Source of the DNA: a virus
Direction: 5' to 3' (one strand)
Length of the DNA stretch: 64,000 nt
IMG/VR virus record: IMGVR_UViG_3300026183_000930
Span: 32,001 to 96,000 of that record
The position numbers were made by a program, and so were the translations under genes. Shown here in pieces: positions 58,031 to 64,000 of this stretch. Numbering within the stretch: the first letter of the stretch is position 1; each line of letters opens with the position of its first letter. A model generated the notes under the pieces. That model was not told the DNA's origin, searched no databases, and was given only the letters and a program-made list of their open reading frames with translations.

Positions 58031-58618
58031 CTACCTTTCTTGTAATTTGTCAAAGTTTTTTTCAGTCTCTTTTACCATCTCAAAATGTTTTTCCAATGTC
58101 CAATCATGAATATTAACTCTGTGGTTGTGTTGTGTTACAAATTCACTTTCAATACCTGCTTGAATATAACGTTGAAAAGGATTTATCCAACTGGGTGTTT
58201 TGGTTCCAAGTCCTTCTTCTTGTAAAAGTCTATCTGATTTGTTAGACAATTTTACCATAGGCATACACAACACTTGATTAAATGTTAACAAGCCATCAAT
58301 GTAAGCATCAATCAAAAGATTTTGTGGTATTAAATGTTCTTCTGTGTATCCTTCATCTTGTACTTGTTCTATGTAATGACATCCCACTTGTTCTAGCACA
58401 AGATACTTCTGACATCTACGTAAAAATAAATTAATTTGTCTACGAGCTTCTTGTGTTTGTTGTGCTGTCAGTTTACCACTTAAAACTTCTTGCTTCATAG
58501 CATCACATTTGGGCTGATACCATTGATAGAAATCTTTGGTGTTGTCTGTGTTTCTACCTAGCCTTGATCTTGTTGGTGGGGTCCAGGATTCTAACTTTTC
58601 AATTTGTTCTGTGATCAT
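58031..58618 (-). CDS. Hypothetical protein, possible His-Me finger (EHxxP)
   Basis: EEHLIPQ, PFQRY..AGI. Confidence 0.5.
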   Translation of the reverse strand: MITEQIEKLESWTPPTRSRLGRNTDNTKDFYQWYQPKCDAMKQEVLSGKLTAQQTQEARRQINLFLRRCQKYLVLEQVGCHYIEQVQDEGYTEEHLIPQNLLIDAYIDGLLTFNQVLCMPMVKLSNKSDRLLQEEGLGTKTPSWINPFQRYIQAGIESEFVTQHNHRVNIHDWTLEKHFEMVKETEKNFDKLQER

Positions 58619-59703
58619 GCTACTGCCACCATTTCAAGTGGTGACCAGAATCCTTCACACACATTATTTGTTTCAATTTCCATGCTTGATCCTTTACCAT
58701 GTGTGGGCAATTCAAGTTTTGTTTGATCATCAGTTTTCATAAGATAAACTTCTCTTATAAAATTACACATGGCCTCAGGTGCTGACCAACTTGCTCCTGG
58801 TCTCACATATTCCCATTGACGTTTGGCTTTGGTATGTGCTGTGTGACTTGAACCAAATTCTGTTTTGATTGGCTTTAAAACTCTTTCACACCAATCATCT
58901 GATAACTTTATATTAAGTTCTCTACTCAAACGTGACAATTCATACAAACCAATATAAACACCTTGATCAACTTCTTCTTGATTAGGAAATGTTTTTGTTA
59001 TTGACTGCAGAATGTCGTGTAGTGCTGTTCCAGTCTTATCAAGCTCTATACCTTTGTAAGCATATTTGAAATGACTGAAAAAATGTTTGCCTGTTCCACG
59101 TGTGTTTGAGTTTGCTCTTGTTTTTTTATCTTCAAGATCAATATCAAGTGTGTCAAATTGATCTTGTAGTGTACGAGCTTGTACTGATTTAATTTCTCTT
59201 GATCCTAATTTGTATCTTGTCAAACTGTTTCTATGCAAATCAGCAGGTGTTAATCTTTTTACACCTGTGTCATTCAACAGTTCAAAGGCATATGAGGCAA
59301 ATGCAGGATCTTCTGTTTCCACAGGACAACAAGGCACACTGTCGTAACCTAACAATGCTAATGTCACTATTCTGTGCTGACCATCATATGTGAAAAGTCT
59401 TCCGTCCCAAACACCGTCTTTGATAATTTTTACACCAGCCGCTGGCATACACACACGTGGATCAAATTTACGCATGATGTTAACCACGTGTTTTAGAATA
59501 ACATCTCGTTGTACTTCGTAATCAATCCAAATTGACTCAACTGGTTCCCATTCTACATTTTTTGGAAACCCTAACTTGGAATTATCAATCTTTTGTTTGA
59601 ATTGATCTAGATGTTGTTCAGTTATACCAAACTCTTGTTGAAGATTGTTTTTGATTTCTGGCAATATATCGACAAGTTTTTTTGCCAATCTTTGTTGTTG
59701 CAT
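58615..59703 (-). CDS. ParB/Srx-like DGQHR-domain protein
   Basis: VQR, YDGQHR, F..LN. Confidence 0.7.
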   Translation of the reverse strand: MQQQRLAKKLVDILPEIKNNLQQEFGITEQHLDQFKQKIDNSKLGFPKNVEWEPVESIWIDYEVQRDVILKHVVNIMRKFDPRVCMPAAGVKIIKDGVWDGRLFTYDGQHRIVTLALLGYDSVPCCPVETEDPAFASYAFELLNDTGVKRLTPADLHRNSLTRYKLGSREIKSVQARTLQDQFDTLDIDLEDKKTRANSNTRGTGKHFFSHFKYAYKGIELDKTGTALHDILQSITKTFPNQEEVDQGVYIGLYELSRLSRELNIKLSDDWCERVLKPIKTEFGSSHTAHTKAKRQWEYVRPGASWSAPEAMCNFIREVYLMKTDDQTKLELPTHGKGSSMEIETNNVCEGFWSPLEMVAVA

Positions 59704-59757
59704 TTGTTTCTCCTTCTTTACCAGTACAATACTGGATTGGTTGAAATATATACTATA

Positions 59758-59785
59758 ACTATAACATATTTTTCAAATATGTCAA
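59758..59785 (-). promoter_or_regulatory. Sigma70-type promoter
   Basis: TTGACA...TGTTATAGT. Confidence 0.6.
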
Positions 59786-59991
59786 CCTTGTTTTTTCAAG
59801 TATTCTTCTTTGGATATGTCATAGAAAACTATACAATCATAATCTTCTTTTATCTTGTTAAATATGTCCCAGGATTGTTTTTTGGTGATTTTACCATGAT
59901 ATTTCCAACTGACTTTGTTGTTTTTAACTTGATATATTTTAATATAGCCTGTAAACTCGTCCATATTATTCAATGTCAAATATTGAATCAA
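59782..59991 (-). CDS. Hypothetical protein
   Basis: Short ORF after DpdA-like gene. Confidence 0.4.
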   Translation of the reverse strand: MIQYLTLNNMDEFTGYIKIYQVKNNKVSWKYHGKITKKQSWDIFNKIKEDYDCIVFYDISKEEYLKKQG

Positions 59992-61438
59992 AATTAGACA
60001 CTGTTTCTTGTACTACTTTCTTTTCTTTTTGTACCAGAGCTGGCACTGATTCAACTAGACTGTCAAATGTGGTTGTTTTAGGTGCTCCTGAAAATTTTGC
60101 TTTGCTTAATCCGTTTAACAATGAACTGTGTTTTTCAATTAATTCAAAAGGTTTTTCAGATTGGAATACTTCTGTAGTAAGATCCACAAACTCCAAAACA
60201 TTTTCTGGAATACTTTTAACATCGTGTGCATCTGTTCTACGATTGGCTTCTTGCACTGCTTCAATCTGTTGATACACATTATGAGCCATCAACAACACAT
60301 AACTCAAACTGTCCCAACTTGTTTTTGATTCAAAATCTTCACCTCTACAACAGATATCACCTTCCATGTAACAATCCATTACTGGTGAGTTGTTTACATA
60401 AGTTTCATATTCACCTGGAATAATATCAGCATACTTTCTATCAAAATTGCCTGCATATTTTTTGTTGTCTTTGGCTTTGTCCATTGTGAATCCAAAACGT
60501 GGATTCTTTCTCATCATATCAAATTCATTAACTGTGTAAACAAGTCCTCTTGCTACGCTGACAAATGCTGATGCTGAATCAAATGACACTTCTATGTTTG
60601 GATTGATTTTAACAAGTTCTCTTTTGATTGCTGTTAACATCACTGCTGGCTCCAGTGCTGACGTACCTAAGAAATGAATCCAATCTTTGCCATTAAACCA
60701 ACCACCATCTCTCATTTTGATCATTCTATACAAGATCAGTTTCCACCATCTCATGTGTTCACCGCCCATAGCCCAACCTTCAAATGCTCTGTCGCCATAC
60801 ACTTTTGGGTCACTAAATGGTGCCATTGTATCAAACCATTCGTCTGCACTTGCTATGTCATTGCCTTGAATCACATTCAAAAACTTTGTAGCACCCGGAA
60901 CTCTGTTATTAACAAACCATTCGTTGTTGTAGGCTGTGTATGCCATACAATCTTTCACAGTGTTAACACCAATACCCAAGTTAACTGAAAAACTTGGTAT
61001 ATCCAAACACATACTCCAATCAGCAGTGTGTTCTAACCATCTAAGAATCTGCATTCTTATTTCATCGTTTTTGTGTCCTGGTGTAAAAAAATTATCCCAA
61101 TCAAATTTAAGAATACCTTTTGCTACCTGAAATCCTCCACTGTCACCTAGTATTACAGTTTTGTCTCTGGGTCTGTCTTGCACAAATGCTTCTTGTACCT
61201 TTGACTTTTCAATATCTAATTTGGCATGCCCTGCCGAATACAAACTCCATTTGTAGTTGAACATTCCTTTGTCATCATACAAATATTTCAAACTGTCTAA
61301 GCCTTTAGGCAGTCCTTTTGGCACTCGGTCTCCCCATTTTTCTTCAGCATTCTTTGATAATAAGTCTGCATAGATAAAACTGATTGCTGGCAAAAACACA
61401 GCATAGTCTTTGTTAGATTCTGTTAAATTTATACTCAT
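59966..61438 (-). CDS. TGT-fold transglycosylase, DpdA-like
   Basis: GDSGGFQ, LDIP, NVIQG, AMGG, HFLG, SFDSAS; context with folE/queE. Confidence 0.78.
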   Translation of the reverse strand: MSINLTESNKDYAVFLPAISFIYADLLSKNAEEKWGDRVPKGLPKGLDSLKYLYDDKGMFNYKWSLYSAGHAKLDIEKSKVQEAFVQDRPRDKTVILGDSGGFQVAKGILKFDWDNFFTPGHKNDEIRMQILRWLEHTADWSMCLDIPSFSVNLGIGVNTVKDCMAYTAYNNEWFVNNRVPGATKFLNVIQGNDIASADEWFDTMAPFSDPKVYGDRAFEGWAMGGEHMRWWKLILYRMIKMRDGGWFNGKDWIHFLGTSALEPAVMLTAIKRELVKINPNIEVSFDSASAFVSVARGLVYTVNEFDMMRKNPRFGFTMDKAKDNKKYAGNFDRKYADIIPGEYETYVNNSPVMDCYMEGDICCRGEDFESKTSWDSLSYVLLMAHNVYQQIEAVQEANRRTDAHDVKSIPENVLEFVDLTTEVFQSEKPFELIEKHSSLLNGLSKAKFSGAPKTTTFDSLVESVPALVQKEKKVVQETVSNFDSIFDIE

Positions 61439-61626
61439 TGTTTTTCTCCTGCCCAGTCTATTTTACCGTTTTCAATTGCTTCATATGTTGCATGGTCACG
61501 ATCATCAAGAATAATTTCTTGTTGTAACCCAGCAATAAGTCTTTCAACATCATTTTTGTTTATTGGCTTTTTATTTGTTCCTTTTAACTTTTTCCAAAAC
61601 ATTGTTCTTGATAATCTTTTTTTCAC
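61435..61626 (-). CDS. Hypothetical protein
   Basis: Overlapping ORF in operon. Confidence 0.5.
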   Translation of the reverse strand: MKKRLSRTMFWKKLKGTNKKPINKNDVERLIAGLQQEIILDDRDHATYEAIENGKIDWAGEKQ

Positions 61627-62552
61627 TTTTTATTTCTAATTCTTTCAAGTTCAACCATTGTGGCCGCTAAATTGATTTCAGGGTCAACAACTATAGAATG
61701 ATTTACTAAACCATTTCTAATTGATAATAATGCTTTACCTTTTGATAAATCATCTTCACCAAACCATTCAAGATTCTCATACATTTTTCTATAAACTTTT
61801 TCATACTGTTCAGAATCAGCATTGTTGATTATAAACTCTCTTGCACTTTTAATATCTCCATTTTGGAACATGGCCACATAAGTTACTTCAACTTCACCTT
61901 CTTGTGTGTCACCACTTTGAGGAACAGTTAATTCACCTGTCTGTGAATTCATTTGACATGTATTAATACATTTTCTTAAATCTGGATAAGTTGCTTTGAC
62001 ATAAGTTTGTAATACTTCAACTCCAAACTTAATTTGTTCTTGTGTTAATATTTCACCAACTCTTACTGTGAACATTGTTTCATCTAATTTGAGAATTTTA
62101 AAACCTTGACATCTAGAATGTATTGCAGGAATAATTCTACGTTCATAATTACAAGTCAATAAAAATCTACAAGTTGATGCATACTGCTCCATTACACCAC
62201 GCAATGCCGCTTGACCATTTGGTGATATGTAATCTGCCTCATCAAGTATAATGTATTTGAAATCACCAAAAGGCATTGTTTGTGAAAAGTTTGTAATCTT
62301 ATCTCGTATAACATCTACAGAGTTTTCACTTGATGCATTAATTTGTAATACATCACCCCAGTCAACTTCTAGTTCATGTAATAGCAGTTTTGCTAAAGTA
62401 GTTTTTCCTGTGCCCGGTGATCCGCTAAAAAGTAAATGTGGTATTGCTTTTGATTCAAGCCAAGACATGACTTGACTTTTTTGTGCTTCATCTCTAAAAA
62501 CGTAATCAGTTACTTTTTTAGGTCTATACTTTTCTACCCAAAGTTCTTTCAT
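61623..62552 (-). CDS. Clamp loader ATPase subunit (gp44/RFC-like)
   Basis: LWVEKYRP, GSPGTGKT, LDEAD, SRC. Confidence 0.93.
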   Translation of the reverse strand: MKELWVEKYRPKKVTDYVFRDEAQKSQVMSWLESKAIPHLLFSGSPGTGKTTLAKLLLHELEVDWGDVLQINASSENSVDVIRDKITNFSQTMPFGDFKYIILDEADYISPNGQAALRGVMEQYASTCRFLLTCNYERRIIPAIHSRCQGFKILKLDETMFTVRVGEILTQEQIKFGVEVLQTYVKATYPDLRKCINTCQMNSQTGELTVPQSGDTQEGEVEVTYVAMFQNGDIKSAREFIINNADSEQYEKVYRKMYENLEWFGEDDLSKGKALLSIRNGLVNHSIVVDPEINLAATMVELERIRNKK

Positions 62553-62845
62553 TTATTTGTTGCCTCTATCTTTGTTTCATATTTTGTTTTAAAGTAATCA
62601 TGTGTAACGTACGAAGCAGTAACAAAGCCTGCCGCAAATACTAACACGTAAATCACAGTAGTTTTTAAATTCTTCTTGAACCCACCTTTACCTTTATTTC
62701 TTTTGTATGCTCTCCACATCCACCAAAAACCTGCAATGGTTAAAATAACACCTATTGCAATTACCCAGGGATTGTTGGCTATTGCAACTCCTGAAGCACC
62801 AAAGATTAAAAACAGCAATCCATTTATATAACACATTGGACACAT
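62549..62845 (-). CDS. Membrane protein with N-terminal CPMC
   Basis: Three hydrophobic segments; RBS AAGGAGG. Confidence 0.6.
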   Translation of the reverse strand: MCPMCYINGLLFLIFGASGVAIANNPWVIAIGVILTIAGFWWMWRAYKRNKGKGGFKKNLKTTVIYVLVFAAGFVTASYVTHDYFKTKYETKIEATNK

Positions 62846-63006
62846 TATCCAGCCTCCTTTATTCGTTGCCTCACGTGTAAATTTTACTCATGAAGTTTAT
62901 TACAGTGTCAACGTTGTTCCAATATAGTGTGTATACAAAACATAAGAACACAGTAATCATCACTGCTTTGATCATGTTTTTATATTATACGATTTTTTAG
63001 AATTTG

Positions 63007-63285
63007 TCAAATATAAAGTTTTAAGATAGTTGGAATTTTTTTGTCATTATATGTAATTGTTAATTCTTCACATCCAGAATCTTCCCAATACCAATCTTTT
63101 CCATAAATGTATCCCATCTGTCCTAGTTTGTTACTAAGATGAGCAACTGCATCTACTTCTCTGTAATTGGCATTCAAGGCTCCACCTTCTACGCTGGTGC
63201 CAGATGATTCTCCAATATAATGATCTCTTTGTGATAGTTTGTCAGTATCTAATACTAACTCGTTTTTGAATTTGTTTTGTTGCAT
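63007..63285 (-). CDS. Hypothetical protein
   Basis: 92-aa ORF. Confidence 0.55.
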   Translation of the reverse strand: MQQNKFKNELVLDTDKLSQRDHYIGESSGTSVEGGALNANYREVDAVAHLSNKLGQMGYIYGKDWYWEDSGCEELTITYNDKKIPTILKLYI

Positions 63286-63289
63286 AAAT

Positions 63290-63643
63290 TTAATATGTTG
63301 TACTGCCTACGTTTGTGTCTCTAGGTTCGTCATCTGAAACCATAAGAATACTTTTACCTTCTGCTAATCGAAGATCAAATATTTCGCCATTTTCTTCTAA
63401 ATTGAAACCTTCACTCCAACGACCATGTTCCATCAGCACCCATTGTCCAACTTTTACATAGTCAATTTTAGAACCCACAGCATACACACGAGCCCAACGT
63501 GGATGAATACCACGTTCTGTGGCATCATCATCTGGTAACAAAATACCTCCAGCAGTTTTTTGTATACCTTTTTGCATATTTCTTACTAGTATTCTGTCAC
63601 TTAAAGGTTTTATAGGACCTTTGATACACTGTAATGATGCCAT
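63290..63643 (-). CDS. groES: GroES-like co-chaperonin
   Basis: IKPLSDRILV, TAGGILLP, V.AVG, VKVG. Confidence 0.88.
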   Translation of the reverse strand: MASLQCIKGPIKPLSDRILVRNMQKGIQKTAGGILLPDDDATERGIHPRWARVYAVGSKIDYVKVGQWVLMEHGRWSEGFNLEENGEIFDLRLAEGKSILMVSDDEPRDTNVGSTTY

Positions 63644-63646
63644 TTA

Positions 63647-64000
63647 TTATTCTTCCACTTCTTGGATTTCAATATCACCGTTTGGTAGTTCAACTTCTTT
63701 AGTCTTTTTGACTTTAGTTTTTCTAACAACAGTTGAAGAAGCCTTTGGTGTTTCTGCTTTCATTTCAGTTACACCTGTATCAACATTATCTTTTATAGAT
63801 ACTGTTTTTACAACTGCTTTTGGATTTGCATTGTAGTATTCTCTTCCAACTTCTTCTTTTCTTTTGACAATTTTGCCATTAGGACCAAGTTTGTCTCCAC
63901 GAGCATTTACTTTCATGTTACCAAGAGCAATTTCTTCTTCGTTTTTCAACATCAGAGCATCCATGTCAATCATAGTTCCTCTGTTTGTTCTTTTTTGTAC
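63647..64000 (-). CDS. Hypothetical phage protein; may start upstream of the window edge
   Basis: GNMKVNARGDKLG motif. Confidence 0.65.
   Translation of the reverse strand, partial: VQKRTNRGTMIDMDALMLKNEEEIALGNMKVNARGDKLGPNGKIVKRKEEVGREYYNANPKAVVKTVSIKDNVDTGVTEMKAETPKASSTVVRKTKVKKTKEVELPNGDIEIQEVEE

Overview
AT-rich segment of a large dsDNA bacteriophage with T4-like replication and late-promoter logic. It carries a family-B DNA polymerase, a sliding-clamp-like protein, clamp loader, T4-RNase-H-like nuclease, ClpA/DnaJ/GroES/HtrA, tail-fibre genes, a spanin cassette, tRNA-Arg(UCU), ribosomal protein L33 and a porin. A Gram-negative, probably marine alphaproteobacterial (SAR11-like), host is my inference. 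A 7-deazaguanine DNA-modification set (FolE, QueD-like, QueE, TGT-fold DpdA) is interleaved with purine salvage genes, GalE and a glycosyltransferase. The most unusual signals are non-coding. (1) A ~375-nt minus-strand RNA (18123-17747) is made of seven covarying stem / inner hairpin / UAAAAAK-bulge modules, flanked by an unannotated 29-aa Arg/Lys peptide and a very acidic protein. (2) Two genes have 3'-UTR hairpins whose loops are antisense to their own translation-start regions. (3) A promoter-driven pseudoknotted ~230-nt RNA. (4) A ~430-nt structured intergenic region. (5) A glnA-type glutamine riboswitch. All protein and RNA calls come from motifs read by eye; no searches or folding programs were run.
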